From NCBI GenBank assembly GCA_963514005.1, contig OY740814.1:11718001-11782000 (forward strand): a stretch of DNA of 64,000 nucleotides, written 5' to 3'. Of the stretch, positions 50,493 to 64,000 are shown one piece after another. Origin of the DNA: Raja brachyura. Taxonomy: Eukaryota. The translations under genes were made by a program, and so were the position numbers. Under the pieces are notes generated by a model, which was not told the origin of the DNA, did no database searches, and saw only the letters and a program-made list of their open reading frames with translations. Each line of letters begins with the position of its first letter. The first letter of the stretch is position 1.

Positions 50493-51559
50493 GTTTTTCC
50501 CTTTCAGAAGGCAGTTGGGATTGAACCACGTTGCTGGGTTTAGATTTGCAAATGTGGATCGGCAAGAAAGCAGCCTTCCTTCCTTCCTTGAAGGGTTCAG
50601 TGAACCAGATGGGATTTTACAACAACCCAGTACTTCCAAAGCCACCATTATTGCTACTAACTTTACATTTCAAAATATACTTAATTGCTTGAATTTAAAT
50701 TTTCCAGCTGTTATTGTGGGATTTGTACTTCTTTTTCTGGACCAATAGTCCAGGCCTTTGGATCCAATCCAGTAACTTATCCATTATATTCCTGTATCCA
50801 GAGCAGCTGCACAAATGTGAGAAACAGTGCTGTGGCTGACAAAAATAATTAATCCCTAGAAATGAGAGCTTTTTTAACCAATTTGTTGCAAAAGGATATA
50901 GTATGGAAATGTGAAGTTTGATTTTATGAAAATAGCTGCACTTAAACTACCTTCATAAAAAAATAGGCTTTTTAACATGCCAGATAAAGATTTCATTTGA
51001 AATGGCAAGATAGACTGTAAAACATTGTGCATAGTGATTTGTACAGAAACACAGTGACTGTGAGATTCAGCACTCTGCAGATGATCTAATTTCTATGACT
51101 GCAATTGAAACAAGCAGAATTCCGTTATATCTTTTAACTACATTTTTGTTCTTTCAGTAATTAACTTCCCAATGCATTTAATTCCAGCAATAACAAGAGG
51201 AGAACGGATAATACAATCCTTGGTTCTGCTTTATTTTTCGTGCAAAATTGGGAAATTAGAAAATAACACTGAATATGGACAAACTGATCAGATAACAATT
51301 TCAGTGTTGCATTTCTGCTGAGCTATGCGAGGCAGGTGTGGTTGCTGAAATAATTGGCATCTGCAGCTCACCTGCCCAACACCGGACAGAACAGTGCTGA
51401 CCTGGGCTCAACCAACTGGAGACGCATTACAAATACAAACTACATTGTGCTGGACAAGGCATCAATCCTGGGTCCATGCTATTATACAAATTGCATCACC
51501 AATTTAAAAAAAAAATTGTTTTGGATGTTTAGAAATAAATCTTGTGACTCACTTTCCTT

Positions 51560-51787
51560 GAAAGGTGGTGGTGGCTGATGCATTTAAGAAGCTTCTAGAC
51601 AAATACGTAAATCCCTAGAAATGGGAAATTTTAAAACCAATTTACTGCAGAAGGAATACTTGAATTGCTAAGGCATGCTGGGCTACGCACTAAGAGCAAG
51701 TAAAACGGATTAGCGTGAATGGGTGCTTGATGGACAGCATGGGCGTAGTGCGCCAAAGGGCCTGTTTCCGTGCTGTATGACACTATT
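51560..51787 (+). mobile_element. CR1 3'-end fragment
   Basis: gcatttaagaagcttctagac...gccaaagggcctgtttccgtgctgtatgacacta. Confidence 0.7.
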
Positions 51788-51927
51788 CAACTTAATTTAG
51801 GATTATGATGATCATTAATGCAAACCCCATTTTCACTTCTGTTAATATGCTGACCGCAGATAAAAAGATCACGTTCAGAAAAGACCATGTTCAGCAGGGC
51901 AAACTCCCTGCAAAAAGAAGGCTGCTA

Positions 51928-52077
51928 AATGGTCTTGACCCGAAACGGGTGTGAAAGCTCTCGACCCAAAATGTCACCTACTCATTTTCTCCAGAGATGC
52001 TGCCTGACCCACCGAATTACTCCAACTTTTTGCGGCTATCTTTGGTGCAACGCAGCAACTGCAGTTCCTTCCTACAC
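51928..52077 (+). mobile_element. Penelope-tail copy with duplicated partial hammerhead stem
   Basis: ggtcttgacccgaaacg ... ctctcgacccaaaatgtcacc ... ctgcagttccttcctacac. Confidence 0.75.
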
Positions 52078-54854
52078 AATTTGCCAGCTCTTATCAATTG
52101 CCTCATTATCTAATGCCCAGGGATTCATAGAGGCCATATAGAAACGTGGATTTAGATAATTCTCTTTGCCCAGATTACTTGGAGAAACTGGTTAGAGCTT
52201 CGAGAAGCCTTCAGTTACTACAGCAAGTTCTACAATCTGAACCCGAGCAGTAAACTAACCAGACCCATGCATCACTAGATAAAATCATTTGCACCTAGAC
52301 TGAGCATTTCGCTCAGCCGAATATTGAGGTTGTTGGAATCATCATTGCTGCATTTCCTTGATCCTGTTGGCTGAAGAACCGAACTAGGAGGCGCATTAAA
52401 ATATTATCTTCAACCAAGACTAGATTGGCAGAATATTCCTTGGAACATTAGTTGCGAGGAATCAAGGACAACATTATATCACTAGGGACCAGGGCAGGAT
52501 GGGGACATAGGTCTAGATTGGAACTTTCAATGAAGCCCAGGATCAGGTCAAAGTGGAGCATCTCTCCTCACTTAAGAAATTGCTTTGTCAGTTTCCAAAG
52601 AAACTATCTTACTAACCAATGGCTGCATTTGGAAACAAAAGCAACTGCAGTTGTCGCAAGCTGGAGCAAAAGAACAGACTAAAGGCTAGAAAGTGATAGA
52701 GACAGATAAGGAGAGAGGATGAAAAGGGCAGGTGGAAGCAGGTAGGAGGAGGAGAGCGTGAAGGTCAGTGTAAGATTGTTGATTATAAGATTGTTGGGTA
52801 TTCACTCATTACCTTCCATCCTCTGTTTGAATTTTAAATGCATGTCAGAGAAAAGTAAGACAGCAAAATGAACACAATGCGTGAAAAAAGCCATATTTTC
52901 TGTGTATGTATCAAGAAATGTAATTTGAATTAAAATGGACTAAGTTTGTTGTTTCTTTTGTCATTTGTGTTTATTTATTTCCTCCCTACATAAGTTCCAT
53001 AAGAGCAGTATATGTATTTTGTATCTCAATTTTTTGGGCAGAGTCATGGATTCCATGAGGGCAAATAGCCATATCCCAAATGCCTTAACATGGAGGGTTG
53101 CCAGCATATCTCTAAGCATTCTATCAAGGGTCTAATCAGACATGTAAACTCTATCTCCACTGGTGCTACCTGATTCGCTCAGAACGTCCGGTATTTTCTT
53201 TCCGTTATTTCTGGATCGGAGTATCTGCAGAACTGTTTGCGATTGAGACAAGTGATGGGCAGGTTGAAGCCGGAAGATAAACGCATGGATATGGAAGTGC
53301 CAGTGGAGCAGGACCTCAGCTGCCTCGCACCCTGATGGTCACTTTTCTTGCAATGTGGTCCCGGGAATCCCCCGCCACTAGCTTAACTCATTGGAAAACC
53401 AGTTGCCACGCACAACAGCATAGGAGCCGTCTCCCAGTGCCAGTGGCGTGTGGTGCTGATAAATGGGCTTTGACAGCCAGTACACTCCCAGTTCTTAGGA
53501 TGGCTCTTCATATTGAATCTTTCATACTCAAACCATTCAGGAGCTATAAAATATTAAAATTATGCAAAAATCCAGGACGATTATCAGCTCACACATAAAA
53601 ACAACTAATAAACCCAATGAAATCAAAGAGACCGCTTTGCTTGCCTTTCCTGTGGCAAAGACTTCTCCCACTCTCTATGACCCGCTGGCAGTGACTCTGC
53701 CCATGCTGGGACAGGCAGAGTCTGGCACTGACCTCCACACACCTCTCCTCCTTCCTGGTTCTATCTGCCCTTTTGTTCCTTATCTATCTGTCAGTAGAAG
53801 CTGGCTGCCTTGTTGAAATCAAATGAAGATTAAAAAAAAAAAAATCAGAAACACTCATCTGCACAGCATCTATGGAAATAAAAACAGGAATTCTTATTTC
53901 AGGTTGAAGACTCATTGTCAAAACTGGCACGTCAATTGTTCTGCACTGGTGGACTCCAGGTGACATTCACCAGCACAGCACGGGTGTCCTGCAAGTGTGC
54001 TCATCTAAGTGAAGAACATGTTAAACTTATAGCTGCTGCTTGGGCGTTGCCGAGATATGGGCAAATCTGGCCACTGGTCAATGCAGATATTGGTAGAAAA
54101 TCAGACTCATTGTGTCTGTGGTGATGTTATCATGGGACATTTGAACCCAATCCAGGAGGGGGAAGTATGAGCTCCTGATGAACATGTATGCCTTATTATT
54201 TGTAACCTCTGTCCATGACAATGTTAGCCAACTCACCAATGTTAGGGAAAGTGGATGTGTCCAATAACAATGTTAGTTACAAATTCCAGGTTGGCCACTC
54301 ATGGCATTTAATCTAAGTTGCAGCTGAATGTAATGCCATCAGTGAGCTATAAAACTACCCACAGAAATGCAAGCCACTCCTTCACACATGCAGAAATGCT
54401 ACAGGGCCACAGCCACGAGGAACTGCCAGAAAATGGGAACAAATGATGTTAATACAACCTTTGCAAAATAAATGTATGAGTCAAGTTTCTCATTTTTTCT
54501 TTCGAAGCCAATGCTTATTGCAGAATTATACGTCATATTTGCAGTTACCTGAATATGCCAATGAACATTCTTCATATTTGTGTTTAGACAGTAACGTGTA
54601 GGCAGGCCCACACTAAAGAACCCATTCCCACCACGTGCCTATGCTAAAGCACTTACCAACTGGGGTGCCGATGGAGCAGATATATTTGTCCCCCTCCCCA
54701 TTAAACACAGGACACAGGGCTAGTTGAGGGACCCATTTCCAGTCTTGTTGAGATCAGCCCGCTCTGCATGGACTGAAGCCGCAGCCTATAATGGCTTTGT
54801 TACTAGTTAATATTACATATTGTTATCGTTGGCATGAATGCATGGATTTGTTTT

Positions 54855-55615
54855 CAAAAACACCGGATGGTGCCGTAAGTGGCAGCCTCGCCAACAGCCT
54901 GTCTCGTCTGCTTCATTTTTGTTGTTTTTATTCTGTATTATTTTTATGTTTTAGTGTACCTTTAGTTTTTGTATTATGTGGGGGGGAAACTTTTTTTATC
55001 TCTTCCCTCTACGGAGATGCGACTTTTTCGGATCGTATCTCCGTCCGCATTGCGGCCTAACATCGTGGAGCTGGAGGTCCCTTTGTTAGGGATCAACTGC
55101 GGCACGGGAGCCTCAATGGCCCCGATGCAGGGGCTTCGATCGCCGACTGTGGGAGCTTCAATTGCCCTGACCTCGGGAGAAAAAGGTGGTAAAAGCTATT
55201 TGCCGTTCATCACAGTGGGGAATGTGATGAAAAATAAGATGGACGTGCTGTCTACACGGGTGAGGGCTCGGCGGAATTGCCGTGAGTGCAGTGATCGCAA
55301 TGTTTGCATGGATATCGCGCCATGAGAATATCCTGGAGTCTGGTGTGAGCGTGGACGGCTTTCTGACTGTTCGGGCGGACAGGGGCTGCAGAGAGTGACA
55401 GCGGACAGTAGAACTCTGGTCACATCACGGTGAAGGAGTGTGTGTGTGGCCTGGACATTGAACTGATGGCTGTTGGTCTCCGCTTATGCTGTGTGCCCTA
55501 GTGATTCTCAGACGCCGCAGTGGTGCCTGTTTATGTTTAATCTTTATGTCGTTTTTGGTATGACTGTACAGTAAATCAAATTTCACTGTACCTCGGTACA
55601 CGTGACAATAAAGGA
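54855..55615 (+). mobile_element. Internally deleted Rex1/Babar-type element (5' region and endonuclease start joined to 3' end)
   Basis: LPFITVGNVMKNKMDVL..R..RECS, VSVDGFLTVRADR and PDIELMAVGLR, then directly cactgtacctcggtacacgtgacaataaa. Confidence 0.7.
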
Positions 55616-57521
55616 CCATTGAAACATATCAAGGTGTTCCTCAGTTAGGGAAATCCGTACTGCTATTTTGTACGATGCAAATGAGGAAAGATAAGCATTG
55701 ATGTATCAAAAGGTTTTGTCTAGAGGAATAAATCTTACTGCTTGCTAAGCTGTGCAGCAGTCAATATCCTTTCTGTGTAACTATACACATCAGCAAGGAT
55801 GTCCTGTTCATCATAATTTCGCATTTTAGAATGATTTAATATTTCTTCATTTCTGTATTGAATCATTTCGTAATTCATCCCACTTATACCCAGAAGACTT
55901 GATCACTCTTACCTTTTTAAAAATTATCCGTTTGTATCTCTGGCCCCTTTGCTTGCTCCTATGGTTTAATTTACAACAATATTCCAGTAAATTATTCCTT
56001 TTTTATTGAGACATTGGCCTCCAGAGTATAATTTCTCAGATGTGCATATGGCTAGAAATATATGCAGAAGTGCCATGTAACTGGATGGCTGTGTAAAAGT
56101 CTTTATGGCATCATAAGCTTGTGGAGTTTTGTTTTGCATGCATAATAACAGCTAAACATGCAAGTGTGGCCTGATCCTGACATGAAACAGTCGTTGATTA
56201 ATTGTGCTAGTGTGCCTTAGACCCCTTTCCCCTAATGCATACTACAGCGACTATAGGTCTCCAAGAGATGGTTAACTTTCCATTTAAATAGTTTGAAAGG
56301 TTAGTCACACACTTGGGAATATTCTTCAAATTTGTCTGTTGTATATAAACATTGTATGTGGAATTAAAGCAAGCAGCTTCGGCTTCTCTCATTTCTAACA
56401 GCCATGCACCAGTAACGCAAAACTTAGAAATCGGCATGATTTTGCATTGAAATAATAATTTTACTCTCATAGGCATATGACAGCTCAGTAAAGGAAATGA
56501 AAAACCTTGTGCCTCAGGCTGGAGACAAGGCAACATTTGAGAATAGAATGATAATTGTCTAATTTCTGGTGGCTTAAAGGTGAGATTGACTGCACAAAAT
56601 GGAACAGGTTCTGTTCTTATATCCATGCCTCCCATAATTTTATATGCTTCTAACAGGTTTAACCTCTAACAGTCTCCAACTCCCGAGAAAACAATCCAAG
56701 TTTGTCCAACCTCTCCTTATAGTTAATACCTCTAATTCAGGCAGCTCAGGAGACTAGCCACTCAGGTTGCTGGGTGCAGAATTTGTATATCAGAATTCTA
56801 CATGCAATAGATAAAATCCAAGTTGATGTCAGGCTGGGAGCAAGTCCAACGGCAAGGGTTAATGCCTGAACCGCTCTTGATTTATTTCCCTGGCTTCTAC
56901 TTATTTGATGTATTTTTAAATATGAGACAAGGCGACAAAGAAAATAATTGATGTGTACTTAAGCTGCTGAATAAAGATCAAAGAACTAGATGAATCAATA
57001 AATGGTCCACCAGTTAATGTTGAATTTTGTGATAAATTCACATAATATAATTTAAGATTTATAAATTAAAATTTGAATTAATATCAATTAACAATTTTGC
57101 ATTGGGACTGCTATCTTTGTAGCATATAGATGCTAAAACACCAATACCATATTTGATCACACACTTGTTTTATATGGTAATCATCAAATATTGCTTGATT
57201 ACTTAAACAATGTCTGCTTTGCATCAGAATTGTAAAACTCAAATGTCTCCAACTACCTGGAAGCAAAGCACGTCCTTGAAATCTGGCAAAAAATTGATGG
57301 TACTTATCCACATAAGCCAATGAGTTTGAATGGTGGTGTCTGAAAAAGGTTAAGAACGGATTCATTTGATATTTCAAAAGAGCATGAAATGGCTGGATTC
57401 AGAGTTGTGCACTCTGGAAAAAGGCCCACTGAGCATTTACACTCGTTTCCACACACTCTTTACAACTCTATCCCCCTCCCTCCAGATTCTCCTACTCCCA
57501 TGCATACAAGGTAATTGACAG

Positions 57522-57675
57522 GTAGACAAAAGTGCTGGAGAAACTCAGCGGGTGCAGCAGTATCTATGGAGCAAAGGAAATAGGCAATGTTTCGGGCCGA
57601 AACCCTTCTTCAGACCCTGAAGCACTTTTGTCTACCTTCGATTTTGCAGCATCTGCAGTTCCTTCTTAAACACAC
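57522..57675. mobile_element. Penelope-tail insertion with internal inversion, 11-bp TSD
   Basis: TSD gtaattgacag at 57511-57521 and 57676-57686. The minus arm carries ctgaagaagggtttcggcccgaaac and the plus arm carries the 3' terminus. Confidence 0.85.
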
Positions 57676-58054
57676 GTAATTGACAGTGTCCAATTAACCT
57701 AGTTTGGAACATGGGAGTAAGCTGGAGCACCTGGAGATGAAGAAACAAGGAACTGCAGATGCTAGTTCACAAAAAAAAAGAAAAAATGCTGGAATAACTC
57801 GGGGGAGTACTCCATCCCTTTATGTCTTTTTTAACCTTGCGATGGGCTGCATCCCCTGCATCTGGCAGTAGCATAGCTGTTCAAGCTGCTGCTGCATTGG
57901 TACAGTGACCAGGATTTGATCTTGAACTTTGAAGCTTATTGGCAAGATGGCATGGTGAGATAATTTGTGGGGATAAACATTCGAGAGAAAGTAGGCGACA
58001 AATAAATAAGTGGGGGAATGGGTGTGATTGGGAATGCTTCGAGAGCATTGTTTC

Positions 58055-58237
58055 TATACTGGATGGATTTAAGGGAGAGTTGGATAGCGCTCTAGGGGCT
58101 AGTGGAATCAAGGGATATGGGGAGAAGGCAGGCACGGGTTATTGATATCGGACGATCAGCCATGATCACAATGAATGTCGGTGCTGGCTCGAAGGGCCGA
58201 ATGGCCTCCTCCTGCACCTATTTTCTATGTTTCCATG
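58055..58237 (+). mobile_element. CR1 3'-end fragment
   Basis: ggatggatttaagggagagttggatag...gaagggccgaatggcctcctcctgcacctattttctatgtttc. Confidence 0.85.
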
Positions 58238-59139
58238 AGAGGCCAGTAGGGCCAAAAAACCTTCTTTATGATGTATGAACTTTTCTTTTTAGATCATCAT
58301 TATGTTATCCAGACGGCTCCCCAAATTTTTGATTATATTTTAACTATATAGCAGACAAATATGCGGAATTCATCAATCTTGTCTCTCAGCACCCAGGTTA
58401 AGATTCAGCAAGAGATCTGCAACATCATTGATCTCAGCCAGTGAAGCAGGGGCAACGCAAAGGTAATTAGCTTTAGTTTTTTTTTAATTTAATGATTTTT
58501 CATTTATTTCTGTATTTAAATTAACTGAAAAATAACATATTTGAATTATTGTTTTTTATCTAATAATTTTCAAATGCTGTGAATGTCAAAAACATTAAAA
58601 AAGTTAAATTATAACTTTGAAAGCAGGCACCTACTTCCAACTTGGCTTTTGCTCAGGGTTTGTCTTGGGCACTGTGATGGTGGGTCTGGCAGTACATTGC
58701 CCGAGGCCTGATCACCAGCGAGACCTTGGAGCCCATCTCTAGGGCCCGGAAATACAAGATAGCCGTCTGTTTCTGGCCCCAGCAGGTGACCGAAGCGTAG
58801 AGATTCCAGCTAGGTAAGTCTTTTGCCGCTAAGCAGATTTTAAAGTCACAAGTAGGAATACAGTAAACCATTGTTTTAACAGACCTCTTTATGGCTGATT
58901 TTGGTTATAGCAGAAGGAACAACCACCAGCTGCCCACACCGGCACACCTCTACCCCGGGGTCGCGCTGCTTCCAGACGGAACCTTCCACCGGAATCACCA
59001 GCCCACACACCTGCCTCCACTGCACCTTATCTGCTTTCCGACCCAGACCATTGACTGCACTGATCAGATCCTCTGCCCCAGCTACCAGCAGCCATGGCCA
59101 TCAACTCACCTGGATTCCAGACCCAGTTCCGGACCGAGA

Positions 59140-59262
59140 GACTGAAGAAGGGCCTCGACTCGAAACGTCCCCTATCCATGTTCTCCAGGGAACTGCTGAG
59201 TTACTCCAGCACTTGTGTTTTTTAATCTATTAACTAGCAACCGCAGTTGTTTATTTCTACTA
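59140..59262 (+). mobile_element. Solo Penelope-tail copy with hammerhead core
   Basis: gactgaagaagggcctcgactcgaaacgtcccc...gagttactccagcac. Confidence 0.8.
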
Positions 59263-59821
59263 CTTATACAATAACACCCTACTCGGTTACAGCGAACAAT
59301 CGGCAATAATAGACACCCTTCCATCCCCCCCGTTATAACAAGGGTTTTCTGTACACTGAAAAACTGAACTGTGGCAATGCATGTTCAGCCTCACCAAGAT
59401 ATCCTGTGTAAATGTTGATCATACAAATATAGCCGCTGGTTAATTAGATAGATGACTAGAGCTTGAATCCACATAAGAAGCAAAGAGATGATATACACCA
59501 TCTAAATAGTGTTTTGTGGTTTGGAGCAGTGTAATTGGGATTCTGTTGTAGCTATATTAAGCCAGAAAGCCTAAAGCCAATGTGCAGATTGCTAACTGTT
59601 TACACTCTGCATTCAGCTTCTGCACTTCCGGGGAACATGGGAATGGAATTACTGTGGTTCAACTCGCACTAAAGCACGAGACGAAGGTCCTTTAACCCAC
59701 CGAATGTTTTTTTTTTAGATCACCAGGCTTATCAAATTTCTATTAGAGATTCAATACTATTTGAGCAGGATTTTATTTTCAGGTCAGATATGAAGAATGG
59801 GATCTTTTGTCATGACACAAT

Positions 59822-60803
59822 AGCAGTGCCTGCAAATGCTGGTTTACACCGAAGATAGACACAAAATGCTGGAGTAACTCAGGGAGCATATCTAGATAGA
59901 CAGAATGGGTGACATTTTGGGTCAAGCAACTTCTTCAGATTGAGTTAGGGGAGAGGATGACACAGAGATATAGAAGGGTAAGGTGTGAAAATGAGACATC
60001 AAAGGCGACAAAGCTCAAGGAAAATGTAGAATAGATCATCGTTAGCTAGGAGAAGGCGACAACGAAGAATACAAAGATAAAATCTTATCAGGACAGTCAG
60101 ACTTGAGAGAACTAGGATGGGGGAGGCTTAGAGAGGTTGTAAGTTGCCCAAGCGAAATATGAGGGGCTGTTCCAATTTATGTTGGAACAGTGTAACAGTA
60201 CAGGAGGCCCAGGACAGAAATGTCAGTGTGGGAATAAAAGGGGGAGTTAAAGTGTTTAGCAACTGGGAGATCATGTAGGTTAAGGCGGACTGAGCAGTGG
60301 TGTTCTGCGAAATGATCACTGAGCCTGCGTTTAGTCCCGCTGATACATAGGAGTTCACACCTGGAACAGTAGATAAGGTTCAAGGAGGTGCAAGTGAACC
60401 TCTGCCTCACCTGAAAGGACTGTCAGGGTCCTTGGACGGAGTTGAGGGAGGAGGTATAGGGACAGGAGTTGCATCTCCTGCGGTTGCAATGGAAAGTACC
60501 TGGGGAGGGGGTGGTTTGGGTGGGAGGGATGAGTTAACCAGGAAGTTGCGGAGGGAACGGTGTCTGCGGAAAGGGGTGATATAGCTTGTAGTGGGATCCC
60601 GATGGTGGCAAAATGTCGGAGGATTATGTGCTGTATGTGACAGCTGATGGGGTGAAAGGTGAGACCAGGGGGACTCTGTCCCTGTTGTGACTGGGGGTAG
60701 GGGGAGCAAGAGTGGAGCTGCGGGATACCGAGGAAACACTTGTGAGGTCCTCATCAATCATGGAAGAGGGAACCCCTGTTCCCTATTAGAAAAGGCCCAT
60801 TCC
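59822..60803 (-). mobile_element. Penelope-like retroelement, 5'-truncated
   Basis: RQRFTCTSLNLIYCSRCELLCISGTKRRLSDHFAEH...PVAKHFN...LIFRLGNLQP. Collinear with the 10261-11222 copy. Confidence 0.92.
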
Positions 60804-60869
60804 TCAGGAGGAAAGGTTAATAAAGTAATTGAAGGGATGTATACAATGAGGGATAAGACACTACTCGAG

Positions 60870-61255
60870 TTGGCCGAATATCAAATAATGATGACACTAA
60901 GCACAGAAAGGTGATCGAGAACCTAGTAACTTGGTGCCAACAACAACCTCTCCTCAATGTCAGCAGGACAAAGGAGATTGTGACTGACTTCAGGAAGCAA
61001 AGCAGCACACATACCTTGATACATACAAAGTAGAACTGGTCAAAAGCTTCAATTTCAAACAAAAAATATCCTATCTGTGCCTCTCAATTTTGTAAACTAC
61101 AATAACATTTAAAAGACATTTGGACAGGTGCATGGATGGGAAAGATTTAGAGGGCTTTGGATTTAACGTGAGCAAATGAGATTTTCTCAAATTGACTTCT
61201 TCACCAGCATGGATCTGTTGGGCCGAAGGGCATGTTTCTATGCTGTATTTCTCTA
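60870..61255 (+). mobile_element. Rex/Babar RT scrap (60870-61050) followed by CR1 3' scrap (61100-61255)
   Basis: tggtgccaa.caacaacctctc.ctcaatgtcagcaggacaaaggagattgtgactgacttcagg (WC..NNL.LNV.KTKE..DFR), then gggccgaagggcatgtttctatgctgta. Confidence 0.7.
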
Positions 61256-63902
61256 TAAATCTGTCAATCCATAAAATAACGGGGGCCAAAGATACTGCAC
61301 TTTCAAATACTCGTGTTGACGTTCTTGAACTGGCATGATTAGCGTCCAACAATTTACTTGGTGTCTTCATCACTGAAGAGGAATAGTTACACTAGGGAAG
61401 GGTAATAAACATTTCATTTTAACTTTGAGAGTGTCAATGCTGCAGTTAAGTATGAAGATAGTTCATAAATTCATACAAAGCCAACTACAGGACAGATTGA
61501 AGTATTCAGTTAAAAGACCCGACAGTAGATAAACAACAGTAAACATTTAAATAAACAATTCATAATTCTCAGTAACCAATTATTCCCTTCAGGATAAAAA
61601 TCTGCTGGAAAAATTAAATTTAATGCAAGTGCTTGCAAGGTTTGCCAGTTATGTTGCAAGTTTTAAACGTTAAATTTAATCAAAAATCATCTCATTTCTA
61701 TACTTTAAAGTGACTGAATTACTCACCTATTTGTACTAATTATCACACCAACATCACAGGGTGTATGCATCTGTTAAACTAGAGATACATTAGTGGTGGG
61801 TTATGGTCATCCTTCAATGTCCGACCTCTCATCTAACACAATTCTCCAGGGCAGGTTAAAATCCATTTCAGTTGAAAGGCAACTGACAGCTAAGTGAAGG
61901 AGTAACAACGCAAAACATAACTATAACTTGAAGCTGCTGTAGTAATTCCATTTAAATTGTACCATTTTCCAATGATTTTAACTGCACTCTAATAAAAATA
62001 CTTCCCAATATTAATTTTCCTCATACTTTCCTACCTCACTCACTCAATAAATCCTCTGTTCCTTGTTCTCGGACCCTCAGAGTTAATCCAGCACTTTGTC
62101 TTTTTTTTTTAAATGTTTCATTCTTCTCTGTGCACATAATCTTTCCACAAACCATTGGATCATATTTCAGAACAAATACCACAATCATCATTGGGCTGAT
62201 GACACTATGTAACATTTGCAGAACTGATTGAAGCACTTCACACTTTTAACATATTTATTGCTCAACTGTGAACTATTTAACATAATGATTATAGAAGGCG
62301 ATTGTTCAAAGTGTTTATGACTGCTGACTCTTTCCATCTCTCATTCTGTAAGATTAGATCTCAAGGAAAGTGCACAACCGTAGCACCATGTTTTAACTGA
62401 CAAAACGATGAATTCCAAAAATGACTAATCTAAAGAAAGTGATTAATGTTGTATTAATTGCTTTGCCAGGTTAAAAAAAGAAAATGTGACAATTTATTTG
62501 CATTAAAACGATCAAGTTTTCAACTGTTTGAGAAAGTCTGTGCATTAAATTTTCTATTCATTGTTAACAATAATGCAATTAAGAATTTCATGGAAGTGAA
62601 TTAAATAAACCAGCAAATGAATGCTGAAAACAAAATGAAAGTAGTGTAAGTATACCTTATAAAATCCAGATACATTTATATTCACAATACAATTAAAAAC
62701 ATACATTTTTTCACTCCGTGCTGACTGAAACAAAATAATAGGTTGAGCAAATTTCATTTTATTCTGAAATAATGCAGCTGATAAATTAAACTTAATCCAA
62801 ACTTTAAAGATTTGAGAGAACAACAGTTCAGAAAGGCAATTTATCACCAGGGCAATCACAAGTCAACAATAAACGTTAACTTGCAGAAGCCCACATTCCA
62901 TAAATGAAGAAAAAGTTATTACCTTTTTGACTGATTAAATTCTTTATTCTGACAAACCTCAGGCATTTATTTATTTTGCTGGCAAAGACAAATAATAAAA
63001 CACACAATCCAAATCAAAGAGACAGATTTTAGATGTCATTGGATGAATAGTCATAATGTTATCTTCCTTCTTTTTGTGTATATCTTTGTTACAAATGTTG
63101 ACCTCGCTATCATTGTCCGTCCTGAAAGGGACTCAAGCTTCCGGCGACAATCATTGGAAACCATCACTTGTCGCAATAGAGATGGTGGTAGCAGAATTAG
63201 TTCAGGATACTTCCAGTTTCCAGCCCCGCGACGAGGACGTTTCTGCTATGGGGCCATGTTATAAGATGTCGTATCTTAAAAATGTTGAATTAATTATGGC
63301 TCATAGAAAGGTTAGTCTATATTCCCAATTTTTGTATTGCCAGAATAATGGGAAAAAATCATCTTTCAGGACACAGCAATAATCTTAAGTTGCAAAACAT
63401 TGATAGTCATTAAGAAAATTAGACATCAAAACTTTATAGCAAACTGACACTAGAAAATCCAGGCGTGTAATGCTCCCTTTTTATCCCCTAGGTGAATTTG
63501 ATGGTATGCTTAAAATAATTATTGATTAATGTATATAATATTAAAAATACTTGTTCTCTCCTGGTTCTCATTGCAACAAGTTTTTAAACCATAGATGGAC
63601 TGGAAGAAACAAGTCTGACATAAATGAAGACAAAGCAGAAAATGGCCAAATCATAACAAGCCTGGAAGATTTCTTTTAAAGTGTTCACCAAGAGTGCAGA
63701 GGCATGCTTCATTACTAATCCCAAAATACATCTTGTTGAGGAAGGGGTTCCTTTAGTATAGATCGGGACTTGACAGCAATAAAAACCTAAAGTCAAAAAC
63801 TGAGGAAAAGAATGGAAAGACTGAGGCGAATTAAGACACCAGACCCTAATCGAGTCAAGCAGGCCCTCAGGTCTTCATAACTGAAAACTCAGTAAAAGTA
63901 AT

Positions 63903-64000
63903 AAGGGTCTCGACCCGAAACGTCACCCAATCCTTCTCTCCAGAGATGCTGCCTGACCCGCTGTGTTACTCCAGCATTTTGTGTCTATTTTAAGCCAGCA
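63903..64000 (+). mobile_element. Penelope-tail copy running off the window end
   Basis: aagggtctcgacccgaaacgtcacccaatccttctctccagagatgctgcctgacccg. Confidence 0.85.

Overview
Vertebrate, repeat-rich genomic DNA. The repeat complement (HE1-like V-SINE, Deu-domain SINE, CR1, Rex/Babar, abundant Penelope tails) suggests a cartilaginous fish, probably a skate or ray (inference). The only host protein-coding gene I can support is the 5' part of the E-protein gene TCF12 (HEB) on the minus strand: a CpG-island promoter with a probable non-coding exon 1 (~27.8-28.0 kb) and three coding exons (26993-27064, 26334-26406, 529-602) that splice in frame to [73 protein letters not shown]. The gene continues beyond the left edge. 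The 25.7-kb intron holds a full-length but ORF-decayed DIRS1-type tyrosine-recombinase retrotransposon with intact ITR/ICR termini (16560-21439), a non-autonomous Helitron, a Harbinger MITE and Penelope fragments. The 36 kb upstream contains only transposon fossils and possible regulatory DNA. The most striking recurrent signal is a family of ~80-200 bp Penelope 3'-tail insertions, many carrying a minimal hammerhead-ribozyme motif (CUGAAGA-a-GGGU-NNNN-ACCC-GAAAC-GUC), several with their own target-site duplications and inverted or tandem arrangements. Repeat boundaries are approximate unless a TSD or TIR is quoted. Family assignments come from motif recognition, not database searches.
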